Positions 39,129 to 49,285 of a stretch of DNA of 64,000 nucleotides are shown piece by piece. This stretch comes from Candidatus Hydrogenedentota bacterium (GTDB lineage: Bacteria; Hydrogenedentota; Hydrogenedentia; Hydrogenedentales; SLHB01): positions 64,001-128,000 of the forward strand of contig CAVUWV010000021.1 of NCBI GenBank assembly GCA_963745075.1, given 5' to 3'. Below the pieces are notes generated by a model. That model ran no database searches. It was not told where the DNA came from and was given only the letters and a program-made list of their open reading frames with translations. Position 1 is the stretch's first letter, and the number at the start of each line of letters is the position of its first letter. The position numbers were made by a program, and so were the translations under genes.

Positions 39129-40364
39129 ATGAGAAATGTTACCACCATCGCTCTGACTCTGCTTTTCTTGGGAAGTCTCGCACAGGCTGCAGCACCAACT
39201 GAGTCGGATCTTCTGACACAACGCCATCAAGCATTCCGAACGATGACAGCCGGGTATCCCATGCAGGCGGCCGTGGATCTCCTCAATGGGATTCATGCAT
39301 TGCCCACGGACGACCCGGCGGTTCTTGACTACGCGGGGGGAAACCTCCAACTCCTGCTCTTCGACACCAACCTTCTCATGACCGAACCCATGCGGAACGA
39401 GTTCTTTACGAAGCTCCTGGATACAAAAGAAAACGAGATTGACGCGTTGATCGCGACCCTGCATGAGGCTTCGTTGAAGCTTACGCCGGAGCAGGCCGAA
39501 GACTTCTTGGGCCGGCTTTGGAAGTACTCGCAAAGTTCCAACGATCTCGTTGCCGGGGTCGCACTGTATCTCCTGGCCGACCCTTACTATACGGAGGACA
39601 TGGACATCGGGATCGAGGCAAGCCACGAGATGGTAACCCGGTATCCCAACCTGGAAGCCACCCGCAATATGCTGGCGCTGCCGATCTACCACCGAAAGCT
39701 CCGCCCAGCCATCGCCGGGGAATGGATACGGGCCTACAAGGGTAAGCCTCAGGAGCCGGGAAAGCCGCGCATCCGCGAGACCACGAACGCGGAGAAGAAT
39801 GTGGCTGCACAGGATCCCTTCATCACGAACGTGGAACCTCTGGTGGACTATTTGAGCCAAAACGAAACGAAACGGAAAGGCATTGAGGGACTTCTCGCGC
39901 TCCTGGCTGATGAAAACACGGATTGGCGGGACCGCTACAGCTACCTGCGGATGCTGGAACCCGAAATGAAACCCCAGCCGGGTGGGACAGGCGCGCAAGG
40001 GTATTGGAAGCTCATCCAGCCCGGTGTGGAATCCCTCGCAAACCGCGGTGAACTCACACCGGATGTATACCACGCCCGGGTGTTGCTTTGCGAAGTGGAA
40101 AGCGCGGCCGGTGAGTTCGAGGACGCTTCGTATTGGGCTGAACGGCTCCTGACCGAGCAGGAGCGGCTCTACGAACATCCTGAACGCATTCTTTACGAAG
40201 AGACGATTCGAGTCTACACGGAGTTCGCGGAGAGTCTCGAAAAGGGGCAGTTGTACGAGGAGGCCGCGAAAACGTACGAACGCTTGGGGGACTACTATCC
40301 GAATAGCGCGATCGCGATTCAAGCACGGCAACTGGCATCGGAGGCGCGCGAGAAGTCCAAGTAG
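39129..40364 (+). CDS. Secreted alpha-helical/TPR-like protein
   Basis: Signal peptide MRNVTTIALTLLFLGSLAQA; C-terminal GQLYEEAAKTYERLGDYYPNS. Confidence 0.7.
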   Translation: MRNVTTIALTLLFLGSLAQAAAPTESDLLTQRHQAFRTMTAGYPMQAAVDLLNGIHALPTDDPAVLDYAGGNLQLLLFDTNLLMTEPMRNEFFTKLLDTKENEIDALIATLHEASLKLTPEQAEDFLGRLWKYSQSSNDLVAGVALYLLADPYYTEDMDIGIEASHEMVTRYPNLEATRNMLALPIYHRKLRPAIAGEWIRAYKGKPQEPGKPRIRETTNAEKNVAAQDPFITNVEPLVDYLSQNETKRKGIEGLLALLADENTDWRDRYSYLRMLEPEMKPQPGGTGAQGYWKLIQPGVESLANRGELTPDVYHARVLLCEVESAAGEFEDASYWAERLLTEQERLYEHPERILYEETIRVYTEFAESLEKGQLYEEAAKTYERLGDYYPNSAIAIQARQLASEAREKSK

Positions 40365-40479
40365 CGGCGCCGAACGAGGTTTGGACATCATCCGTCCATT
40401 TCATCAGGACGTATAACGAAAGCGAAGAGGGCTGAACGGGCGATCCGGCGCGAGCGCCGCCGCCAAAGGGGACACGGTA

Positions 40480-43400
40480 ATGGGTGGAATCGTTGTTCGG
40501 CGGATGCGGGCCGTCGCTGTTGGCAAGGTCCTTCTTCTGGTGCTGTTAACCGCGCTACTGGGACCCCAAGTCTTCCACCTCGTGGTCCTGGCCTGCGGAG
40601 ACGGGGGAAATGACCCGCCGAACCCTCCCCCACCTGCGAACACGCTCATTGTCAGCATGTCGGGAGCCGGAACCGTTACGGTGAACCCCTACGGAACGGG
40701 AGGCTCGTCTCAAGTCGTTACGTGGTCGGCGCATGTCAACTACACGTCCCCACAGTATGTCTCCTTAACGGCCAGCCCGGCTACGGGTTGGGTCTTTGAC
40801 AAGTGGGAGGAAACCGGGTCTACAAGCGCGTCGATTAGCCCCTATATCTCGGGAACGGACGAGTTCACTGCTATTTTTTCACCAAAACCGCCGGATGAAG
40901 ACCCGGACCAGTGGGTCTCGCTGCGCACGTCCGTATCACCCTCGGGAGCGTTGGCCGCGGGGTGCACGGTATCGCCGGCCGGCAAAACCAACCACGCCTT
41001 GGGAACGGAAGTGCCGCTCAAGCCGCAGGGCGCGGGCGGCTGGACGTTCAGCGGCTGGGACGGACCGGACGCGGACGACGTGGACACCTTCAACGATCCG
41101 CACATGATTGTGATGGACGCGGACAAGAAGGTTACAGCGGTCTTCACACAACAATTCGTGCTGAAAACAAGCACCAAGGGTAAAGGCGAGGTGACGGCCG
41201 TTCCCACCGGACCCACCTATAGTTCGGGAACGTCGGTCGAACTCACGGCCGAGCCGAATACAAGTCAAGGTTGGACCTTCGTGGAATGGCGCAACGATGC
41301 CTCCGGGACCAATGCAGTAACCAATGTGACGATGGACGCGGACAAGCACGCCAAAGCGGTATTCACGCGCGCAAACAGGAAGAGCCTGACGATCACCACC
41401 CCGGAAGGCTGCAAGATCCGGGTCGACGCGAATCCAAACGGGACGAGCAGCGGGACGAATCCGACGGAACCGGGCAACACCATTCTGCAGTTTACAGGTA
41501 CTTCCCAAGTGACATTGCGGGCGCACGTCTTCAGCGAGTACCGGGGGCAGGGCTACCGGTTTGTGCGGTGGGAAGGAGACGTGCCGGCGGGACAGGAGAC
41601 GAGCAATCCGGTGACGATCTCGGTGGACTCGGACAAGTCCGTCGAAGCCGTGCTCGAAGAGACGTTCCGGCTCAAAGTGGAATCCGAAGGGCCCGGCAGC
41701 GTGGATATCGATGCGCCCGCCGGATCGCAGGTGGGCAATAATCGCTACGTCGCTGGCACCGAGATCGGCCTGAGCGCAACGCCGCCGGAGAACTTTGTCG
41801 AGTGGGAAGGGTCCATCGGGGGAAGCAGCCCGGATAAGACGGTGACGATGGACTCAAACAAGTACGTGCTGGCCCAGTTTATGCCGGGAACGGGGGATTC
41901 GCCGCTGGTGAACATCAATTCCGTGGACATCGTGGCGGACACGATCAACGTGACCCTGGCGCCGGATGGCCATTCGGGGCCGTTTTCATTGACCCTGCAA
42001 GGGGACGGCACATCGCACGAAATCATGAGCGCGTCCCGTTCCTCCGGCACGCGGGACGAAAGTTTCGGCGTGTCCGCCATCCCGCCGGGCACGTACCACA
42101 GCATCCTCGCGGAATGGACGGTGGACGACGTGTCGTATTACGACGATTATCCCCTGAACCTGACCATCCTCGGCGGGGGCGAGGGTGAAGCCGAGGCAGA
42201 AGCGGAAGCCGAGGCAGAAGCCGAAGCCGAGGCAGAAGCAGAGGCCGAAGCCGAGGGCGAAGGCGAGGAGGAAGACCCGCCGCCGGTGGTGGTCTATCAT
42301 TATTCGGTTTCCGGCAGTTCGGTGGTCGATCTTCCACCTGCCTATACGTCTTCCGTTCCCGCTACCGAGGATTTCGTGTACGGCTACTTCAACGGCATCG
42401 CCGAGACTTACGCGAACGGGTATCCGGCGAGCGAAGACCCGGCGAATGGGACCAAATACTGCGGTCACAGTTGGGGTTACAGCGGGTATCTAACCGCTGA
42501 GACCAATTTCACGGTGGACTTCGAGGTCGAAAGCCCCAACGCACCTTGCGAGATTACGACGCCTGCGCCCGGAGACAAGGTCACACTGTTCCACAAATGG
42601 ACGGCCAGTGACAGTACCGAGTCCGCCGAGTACGCGGGAACCGCAGAGGTTAACCCGCAAGCCCCCAGTTTGGCGTTGACGGCGCATTTCAGGAACCATC
42701 AGTTGGTACTGGGCACGAATAATGGTCGTGATTATCTTTTGCCGGGCGAAGACTTGGAAGACGTACTTACGTATGATTTCGAGCCAGCTCTTCCAGAATC
42801 TGTGTCGGCCGAGTATACGGTGGAAACCATTGAGAACACGGATGATCGACAGGTTGTCCGAGTTACGGCGACGCTGACTACACCGACCGGAGTTCGATAC
42901 GCGGTGGCAACCGTAAACCACAACAAACTGAATCTTTCTAACATCGACTTCCTTGTCCCCGATGGACAGGGCGGGATGACCGTGCTTGCGCAGGGTGCGA
43001 ACGTTCCGCTCGACTTGGGCCATTACGAGTCGGCAACACAGACGTTTACACCGTGTGCCATGCCGGAAGTGACGGTGAGACTCAACGTACCTTCAAGCGT
43101 GCCGCAGGGAACTACCTACCGGTTCGTCGTCGGTAGCGATGCCTCAGGAGCCCACGCGCTGGAGTATGCCGACGCCCCAGCAACCGGTTACACGCATCCG
43201 GGGGCGTTGGACTCTGGCCAGCTCGCCCAGAACTCGTGGCAGATTGCGTGGGACCAGAATAGCAACGTCACGAATGAAGGGATCTACGGAGGCCATCTTA
43301 AGCGCCTGACCGTGGAGGTCCAGGTGCCGAATCAGGACCCTGAAAAGCAGACTCTGGTCGCGGGTAGCACCGCTGGATTCTCGGGAATCTATATTGTGGG

Positions 43401-44463
43401 GGGCGCGCTGCAACAAGCGACGGTAAATCAGTACATAAACTCCCGGACGCTCAACGATTTTGGACTTAGCACCAGTACAGTACCATTGAGTCAACTGCAG
43501 GCCATGGGTCGCGGTGTGGCTCGATGGGAGACATCGGACAACACTCACTTTCTTCCCATAAACCGTCACGGTTTGGACGGGTACGTATCGCATGACCGCT
43601 ACCCTATTTGGGAACTCAAGTTCACCAACGGTAACCCCAGCAGAGGTTTCGGGGTAGGACTTATGCAGATTTCGGAACAGCAAAACATAAATCGAGCCAC
43701 AATCTGGGACTGGCAACAAAACGTCAACGAGGGGATACAAATGCTCGAATCGTTTTATGCCAGTCAATCGATATTTTACTTGACGGCGCATACCGCCAAC
43801 CCGACAGCCGTTGACCTGCGGTTAACTACATACACGCATTATAACGGTGGCTCCGATTCCCACTATTATTGGTGGAACGATCAGGGCAGCGTCGTATCAT
43901 GTACAGAACTCACGTCGAGCACGACGAACAATACAGAGTCTCACAACCAAGCAACCACCAACTTGAACCTTGAGGTTAACAGTCTCGTTACGGGGCTTAC
44001 AGCGATCACACTTCAAAACGAGAGCAGTTCGACAAACGTAATCCCATGGACCGACCCATTGCCATCAACAAGCCCGTTTCAATGGACTTCGATCGCACTT
44101 ACGCTTTTTGCGACGCAAGGCAACGACTTCGTGTCAGGTTCAGACCAAGATCAAATAAACATCTTCCTATCCCTTGCTTATCAGGGGTCCACAACGCGAG
44201 AACGAATACACGAAGGAGCTCCGGCACCGTATGCAGTAAGCAATACGGCCGGTTTCCGGCCCGCCGCCGGGTGGGCCAAGATGGGATACATCCCTGTGGG
44301 AAATAGGAATGCTGGCTATCGGGATTACAACAGCGACGGGGTTCGTGATCAGCCAGGGGACCCATATAGCATACCCACATTTACCCCAGATTCCGCTCAC
44401 TTGAATAATGTAGTTGCTGATCGCGCTCCGCGATATGCTGACCGAGCATTGGCAGAAGAATAG
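40480..44463 (+). CDS. Large surface protein: InlB-B-like repeats, (EA)n linker and C-terminal lytic transglycosylase-like domain
   Basis: Hydrophobic leader with VLA-C; five repeats of the 'V.LTA.P..GW.F..W.G....M..DK.V.A.F' type; GEGE(AE)nGEGEEE linker; ARWETS, GVGLMQI, WDWQQNVNEG, YNGG. Confidence 0.8.
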   Translation: MGGIVVRRMRAVAVGKVLLLVLLTALLGPQVFHLVVLACGDGGNDPPNPPPPANTLIVSMSGAGTVTVNPYGTGGSSQVVTWSAHVNYTSPQYVSLTASPATGWVFDKWEETGSTSASISPYISGTDEFTAIFSPKPPDEDPDQWVSLRTSVSPSGALAAGCTVSPAGKTNHALGTEVPLKPQGAGGWTFSGWDGPDADDVDTFNDPHMIVMDADKKVTAVFTQQFVLKTSTKGKGEVTAVPTGPTYSSGTSVELTAEPNTSQGWTFVEWRNDASGTNAVTNVTMDADKHAKAVFTRANRKSLTITTPEGCKIRVDANPNGTSSGTNPTEPGNTILQFTGTSQVTLRAHVFSEYRGQGYRFVRWEGDVPAGQETSNPVTISVDSDKSVEAVLEETFRLKVESEGPGSVDIDAPAGSQVGNNRYVAGTEIGLSATPPENFVEWEGSIGGSSPDKTVTMDSNKYVLAQFMPGTGDSPLVNINSVDIVADTINVTLAPDGHSGPFSLTLQGDGTSHEIMSASRSSGTRDESFGVSAIPPGTYHSILAEWTVDDVSYYDDYPLNLTILGGGEGEAEAEAEAEAEAEAEAEAEAEAEGEGEEEDPPPVVVYHYSVSGSSVVDLPPAYTSSVPATEDFVYGYFNGIAETYANGYPASEDPANGTKYCGHSWGYSGYLTAETNFTVDFEVESPNAPCEITTPAPGDKVTLFHKWTASDSTESAEYAGTAEVNPQAPSLALTAHFRNHQLVLGTNNGRDYLLPGEDLEDVLTYDFEPALPESVSAEYTVETIENTDDRQVVRVTATLTTPTGVRYAVATVNHNKLNLSNIDFLVPDGQGGMTVLAQGANVPLDLGHYESATQTFTPCAMPEVTVRLNVPSSVPQGTTYRFVVGSDASGAHALEYADAPATGYTHPGALDSGQLAQNSWQIAWDQNSNVTNEGIYGGHLKRLTVEVQVPNQDPEKQTLVAGSTAGFSGIYIVGGALQQATVNQYINSRTLNDFGLSTSTVPLSQLQAMGRGVARWETSDNTHFLPINRHGLDGYVSHDRYPIWELKFTNGNPSRGFGVGLMQISEQQNINRATIWDWQQNVNEGIQMLESFYASQSIFYLTAHTANPTAVDLRLTTYTHYNGGSDSHYYWWNDQGSVVSCTELTSSTTNNTESHNQATTNLNLEVNSLVTGLTAITLQNESSSTNVIPWTDPLPSTSPFQWTSIALTLFATQGNDFVSGSDQDQINIFLSLAYQGSTTRERIHEGAPAPYAVSNTAGFRPAAGWAKMGYIPVGNRNAGYRDYNSDGVRDQPGDPYSIPTFTPDSAHLNNVVADRAPRYADRALAEE
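42178..42273 (+). repeat. Coding low-complexity repeat GEGE(AE)nGEGEEE
   Basis: Repeated gaagcc/gaggca hexamers with varied codons. Confidence 0.85.
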
Positions 44464-44521
44464 GCTGATTCCTGTAAAGCAATACGATGTGCAGGAGAAA
44501 TAGAACCAAGGAGATGATTCG

Positions 44522-45526
44522 ATGTCCACTCAGATGCGTGTAAAGCGCGCGCTTCAGACCAGTGCCCTCGTGCTGATGTCGTTTTTCTTGACGTTGGGAC
44601 AGGGCTTCGCTCAGGAGCCGGACTTCCATGATTTACTCCAAGTAGTTCGTGCGGCAACCGCCGATGGTGCCCGGTCTGCGCCGGGGATCGTTGCGCCGCC
44701 GGGTGCTCAGGGTCGTGCAGAGCAAAGCGCGTTAGTACGTGCCCAGGATTTGGCTGATTTGTATCATTCCACGAGTAAACCCATTTTCGGATTGGTCGTG
44801 AAGGGGTTCGAAGCGGGCTTGACGTTGGAGGGTATTCAGCAGCTCTCGGATCCGTACCTGACGTGGAGCGATTGGCCTTACAGGATTGGTCTCGACTCAG
44901 CGGTTAGACCCACCGGATTCGACAACAACGCGGCAAACCAGACTGCTGAAGACTCGCTCAGGGAGCAGGTCGTTCTGATATACCGGGAACATCGGGTGTC
45001 CGCCGACCTGCAACTAATATACCTCCAGACTTCGTACTGCTTTCCTAAGGTTCATGACCAATTCTTCTGGCGAAGCGTGGATATGGGGGTCATTATTCGA
45101 TCACCCGGGGAGGTCCGTCTGACCAGACTGCAATACCCGTTGGGGAATGAGTGGGTCGTGGGCAAGATCCCCGGACTCTTCCCCCTCTTGCTAGGATTCC
45201 TGCAACTCCCAGAGAGGGAGATGCCACTGATACTGGTTGGGCAGGCACCATCCGGTACGCAGCGGAACTGCTCCGTCTACATGTACCTTTGGTCCGACGA
45301 ACAAAACGAGTGGCTACACTTCAAGCTGATAAGCATGGAACACGTTGGAGACCTGATGTTCGATCCTGACACATCGAACTTGCTGATGTATAGCGGCTAT
45401 GCTTTGAATGAGGCGACTGGCCAGGTTGATGTTCCGATCCTCAATACCTCGATTCACGTACCGACGTTCTTGAAGGAGCACATAGAATACGTCAAAGAAC
45501 ATACCGGTATAGACCTATTTGACTGA
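44522..45526 (+). CDS. Secreted hypothetical protein, candidate immunity protein
   Basis: AAGGAG RBS; signal peptide ending GFA-Q; atypical AT-richer codons; immediately downstream of the muramidase-like gene. Confidence 0.65.
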   Translation: MSTQMRVKRALQTSALVLMSFFLTLGQGFAQEPDFHDLLQVVRAATADGARSAPGIVAPPGAQGRAEQSALVRAQDLADLYHSTSKPIFGLVVKGFEAGLTLEGIQQLSDPYLTWSDWPYRIGLDSAVRPTGFDNNAANQTAEDSLREQVVLIYREHRVSADLQLIYLQTSYCFPKVHDQFFWRSVDMGVIIRSPGEVRLTRLQYPLGNEWVVGKIPGLFPLLLGFLQLPEREMPLILVGQAPSGTQRNCSVYMYLWSDEQNEWLHFKLISMEHVGDLMFDPDTSNLLMYSGYALNEATGQVDVPILNTSIHVPTFLKEHIEYVKEHTGIDLFD

Positions 45527-45529
45527 ACA

Positions 45530-46690
45530 GTGGGTATTGAGAATCCGGAAACCGAATTTGTAGAGAACAAATGCGCGAACAATGGAAGTACACGGGGTTG
45601 CACTCAATCTACTCTCTCTATAGGGTATAGCGATGTCCCAAGTGCTCAACAGGTCCGAGCGGCGCGTTTTGCGGTCGCAACTGTCGCACTATTCCTCGTA
45701 AGCACTCTCCTTCCGTGTGCGGCGCAGACCATCAACATCCACGAGCACATCCAGTCCGAGGCCGAAGTGCCGAAGCTGCTGGCAGTGATGGACGCGTTGG
45801 GGATCGAGCGGACGGTGTTGGTGGGGAGTTCGTGGTTCACGATTACGTTGAACGAGGACGTGGGGTTTACCCGGTACGATGAGAACAACGAGGCGTTGTT
45901 GCGTATCGTGGAGCGGTATCCGGGTCGGTTCGAGGCGTGGCCGACGGTCAACCCGGAAGACCCGGAGATGCTGCCGAAGTTTCAGTCGCTGGTGGACCGT
46001 GGCGCGACGGGATTGAAACTGTATCTTGGCCACGGGTTCAAGTCCAAGAAGACGGGCACGTACTTCTTCCACACGCGGCCCCTGGACGACTCGTCGATGC
46101 TGCCACTCTATGCCTATTGCGAGGAACACTTCATCCCGGTGTGTTTCCACGTGAACCCCGGACCGAAGACGCCGGGGTTCGCCGAAGAGTTCATCGCGGT
46201 GCTCACGCAGTTCCCCGATTTGAAAGTCATCTGCCCCCACTTCATGTTGTCGTCGATCAAGGATTCGCGGCTGCGGGAGTTTCTGGACACCTTTCCGAAC
46301 CTGTATTCCGACATCAGCTTCGGCCACGACGACTACCTGAAGGCGGGGCTCAAACGGGTTTCGCGCGATCCCGCCAAGTTCCGGGGGCTGTTCCGGGAGT
46401 ATCCCGACCGGTTCATGTTCGGGACGGACTGCGTGATCACCGCTAACGAGCGGAAACACGAGGCCTGGATTCGCGCGCGGTACCAGTCCTACCTCGACAT
46501 GCTCCGGAAAGAGACCTACCAGTCCCCCCTCCTCCCCGGCCAGACTCTCCACGGCCTCGCCCTGCCCGCCGACCTCCTCGACCCCATCCTCCGCACCAAC
46601 TACGAAGCTTTCCTCAACAAGAAACCCACCGGCACACAAGTCACCAGGGAAATCGATTGGCGCCGCATGGGGGTGATGCACAAGAACTAA
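45530..46690 (+). CDS. Amidohydrolase family protein (Amidohydro_2-like); start uncertain
   Basis: INIHEH, GATGLKLY, PVCFHVN, ICPHF, NLYSDIS, DRFMFGTD. Confidence 0.85.
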   Translation: MGIENPETEFVENKCANNGSTRGCTQSTLSIGYSDVPSAQQVRAARFAVATVALFLVSTLLPCAAQTINIHEHIQSEAEVPKLLAVMDALGIERTVLVGSSWFTITLNEDVGFTRYDENNEALLRIVERYPGRFEAWPTVNPEDPEMLPKFQSLVDRGATGLKLYLGHGFKSKKTGTYFFHTRPLDDSSMLPLYAYCEEHFIPVCFHVNPGPKTPGFAEEFIAVLTQFPDLKVICPHFMLSSIKDSRLREFLDTFPNLYSDISFGHDDYLKAGLKRVSRDPAKFRGLFREYPDRFMFGTDCVITANERKHEAWIRARYQSYLDMLRKETYQSPLLPGQTLHGLALPADLLDPILRTNYEAFLNKKPTGTQVTREIDWRRMGVMHKN

Positions 46691-47466
46691 CCGATCGGCA
46701 CCACGAGTCCATCGGCGGCGGCGACAATCGGCACGCCAAACTCTTCGGTCAACGATTCGGCAACCCGCTCGGGCCCGGCTTCCAGCATGCTCATCCCAAA
46801 GTGCGTGAGAATTACTTTCTTCGGCCGCGCCTCCCGAACAATCGTGCGGACATCGTCGATGCCCAAGTGCAGAATGCGCGGATGGGGCGGGGATTCGAAG
46901 AACGTCACGTGGATCACCAGGGTATCGACGTCCTGGTACATGGCGGGGAGTTCGGGGAAGTAGCGCGTGTCCACGAGAAACCCAAGCTTCGTCTCTCCAA
47001 CATCAAACGTGATTCCGAAGGTGTCGACTCCGTGATGGTGAGGCGCCGACGTTGCAAACGATACGTTGCCGAAGGAATAGCGCGTACCAGCCTCAAGCGG
47101 AACGATCGTGTCCAGAAATGGCCGCAGGTAGCCCATGACCACGGCGTTCTCGCCTTCGAGACACGCCGCGGGCGCGAACAGCGTCCCCCCTTTATTGAAC
47201 CCGCCGCCCGTCATGGAATCGATGAGGATATTGACATCGTTGCAGTGATCGATGTGGCTGTGCGTGACGATAACGGCCTCGATCTCCGCGGGATCGATGG
47301 GCGGGTCCGCCTGGGCACATCGCACCAGCGCCCCCGGGCCGGGATCCAGGTAAAGCCGATGTCCGCAAAGCGAAAGATACACCCCTCCCGATGCGCGCAA
47401 CTGTCGCGCCACGACCCACCGGGATCCGGAAGTGCCAAGAAACTTGATGTAGTTCGATTCAGACAC
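46687..47466 (-). CDS. MBL-fold metallohydrolase
   Basis: KFLGTSG, DPGPG, THSHIDH, VDTRY, ILTHFG, AADG. Confidence 0.9.
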   Translation of the reverse strand: MSESNYIKFLGTSGSRWVVARQLRASGGVYLSLCGHRLYLDPGPGALVRCAQADPPIDPAEIEAVIVTHSHIDHCNDVNILIDSMTGGGFNKGGTLFAPAACLEGENAVVMGYLRPFLDTIVPLEAGTRYSFGNVSFATSAPHHHGVDTFGITFDVGETKLGFLVDTRYFPELPAMYQDVDTLVIHVTFFESPPHPRILHLGIDDVRTIVREARPKKVILTHFGMSMLEAGPERVAESLTEEFGVPIVAAADGLVVPIG

Positions 47467-47625
47467 TGTCGCGTCGTTTCTTATGCGATTTGTGAAGCGC
47501 CATGCACTTCCACGCCAAACACACCGGCCGAGCGGGAATGTCACTCGTGAATGAACGTTCTGGAGGGTATTCGGGCAGGCCGACGTTGCAGCGCCGATCC
47601 TGAATCGTACTTCTCCGCAGGCAGA

Positions 47626-48282
47626 TTACGGGATTGCCGTTTCCGAATCAACCGGTGCTGGACTGCGCAAAATCGCCGTATCGGTGACGCCGCTCGAGGT
47701 TTCAGTCAGTTCCCACGTTGCGAGCATGTCGGCAACGCGCGCCCAGCAATCGGTCAGCGGTTCGGCGGCAAGAGCCAGCGCACGCGGTGAACGCGATTCG
47801 GACGGAAGGTAACGGTGAATGTCGTCGAGAATCAAGAGTCCGCCGGGCCGGATCTTTGGGATGATGCATTCCGCGCATTGATCGCGCATCGCACTGATCC
47901 CGTCGATGAGCGCAAAGTCGAGGCTGGCGTCCTCCAATGCGCGGGCGGGCCGGAGATAGTCATCGGGTTCGGACACTGCCAGTACGAGCGTAACGTTGTT
48001 GCGAGGGTGTTCAAGCAGATTCCGCTGCACGCGCTGGTACCACTGCGCGTCGTGTTCGATGCTGATGAGACTCTCGACACGCGACGCAAACCAGAGCGTG
48101 CTGCGTCCGGCGCCCCATTCCAAGCCAACATATTCGGGACGGAGCCAGTCCTCGAGAATAGAGATTGCCTCCGGTGTGAGCCATGGCGCGTCCGGATGGG
48201 ATGCCTGGTAAAGAAGAAGTTTGAACCGGTCCATGAAATACCGGGGAGACCAATGTGCAAATCGATCCATCACCCCCCGCAC
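47626..48282 (-). CDS. Class I SAM-dependent methyltransferase
   Basis: LEWGAGRST, SIEHD, FALIDG, RPGGLLILDD. Confidence 0.88.
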   Translation of the reverse strand: MRGVMDRFAHWSPRYFMDRFKLLLYQASHPDAPWLTPEAISILEDWLRPEYVGLEWGAGRSTLWFASRVESLISIEHDAQWYQRVQRNLLEHPRNNVTLVLAVSEPDDYLRPARALEDASLDFALIDGISAMRDQCAECIIPKIRPGGLLILDDIHRYLPSESRSPRALALAAEPLTDCWARVADMLATWELTETSSGVTDTAILRSPAPVDSETAIP

Positions 48283-48291
48283 TCCAACGTA

Positions 48292-49254
48292 TTAATGGCC
48301 CAATTTCGCGGCATCCGTGTAGGTCTGAAACGCCCTGGCAACGCCCGCTTCCTCCGCCGATCCGCGGTGGACGAGCAGCCGGTACCGCAATTCAACGGAC
48401 TCTCCCGGCTGCAGGATGTAAGGATCGTTGTGTGGCCACGACGCTCCCAAGAAGGCGTAGTGGCGGAATATCCAACCGGGATGCGGATAGCCGGGGTCGG
48501 ACGGGTGTTGGAAGATGGCGACGCCGGTGTGCGGTCCATCGGTAAACCGCTGCCAGGAGACGTTGGCCCACGGGGTTTGGCACGTCAAGGCGTCCTCGGC
48601 CGCGATCCCGTTGGCCGTGGTGAAGGTGAAGGGCTGATACACATTGTCGGGACGAATCCCGAACCCACCATATCCCTTATTCTGCACCGGTGATCCCAAG
48701 AACGTGACGGGCTGCGTGGCGATGTTTTCGAAACGCAGGATAAAGTCAATCGCGCGGATATCGCCCTCCGTGGGATGAACCGTGATGTCGACGTGCTCGC
48801 GAACGGGCGTCGATCCGTCGTCGTCGTACCGCCACAGATTCTCGACAGCCAGATGGGCCGTGGCGCCGGCCTCGCGCGCCACCCAGTGGTCGAAGACCGG
48901 CCGCACGCCGTCAAGACTCCAAACGTCCAACAACCGATCGCCGACGGAACAGTGAGGCCATGCCCAGAATACGCCACGATGGTGATAGTGGTCGTCGGGA
49001 AAATCCTGCGTGATGACGCCGCCATCAAGATCGTAGAGCGGATGAATATAACTCGACCGCCGGTAACGCTGTTGATCAACCCCTTCCGGTGGCTCGATCA
49101 TCCCGTAGTTGTACACGAGTACGGGCGACCCATTTTCGGAGATGAGGACGTGCTCCCCATCGTTGTCGAGGGCAAACTCCGCTTGAGCGGAAGCGGCCAG
49201 TACAAACGCCCCAAGGATCATCGTCTGTTTCATCATCACCACACCCCGTTTCAT
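48292..49254 (-). CDS. Secreted DUF6807 ('PmoA family'-labelled) beta-sandwich protein
   Basis: YIHPLY, DHYHHRGVFWAW, KGYGGFGIR, LRYRLLVH; not a methane monooxygenase. Confidence 0.75.
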   Translation of the reverse strand: MKRGVVMMKQTMILGAFVLAASAQAEFALDNDGEHVLISENGSPVLVYNYGMIEPPEGVDQQRYRRSSYIHPLYDLDGGVITQDFPDDHYHHRGVFWAWPHCSVGDRLLDVWSLDGVRPVFDHWVAREAGATAHLAVENLWRYDDDGSTPVREHVDITVHPTEGDIRAIDFILRFENIATQPVTFLGSPVQNKGYGGFGIRPDNVYQPFTFTTANGIAAEDALTCQTPWANVSWQRFTDGPHTGVAIFQHPSDPGYPHPGWIFRHYAFLGASWPHNDPYILQPGESVELRYRLLVHRGSAEEAGVARAFQTYTDAAKLGH

Positions 49255-49285
49255 GCTGTCGGGTCTCCGTCATTCTTGCGCGATG

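Noticed and set aside
39000..40391. 463-aa minus-strand ORF and similar long antisense ORFs (5019-6239, 57428-58672, 59348-61213)
   Set aside because: Shadows of well-supported genes in GC-rich DNA, with no motifs of their own
42178..42273. CRISPR array or DNA-level VNTR
   Set aside because: In-frame Glu-Ala linker with varied codons and no spacers; no CRISPR array or cas genes seen in the window
40480..44463. Prophage tail or lysin gene
   Set aside because: No phage genes nearby; the protein has an export signal and host-type surface repeats
48292..49254. Methane monooxygenase PmoA
   Set aside because: Soluble secreted protein with no pmoB/pmoC nearby; the family label is a misnomer
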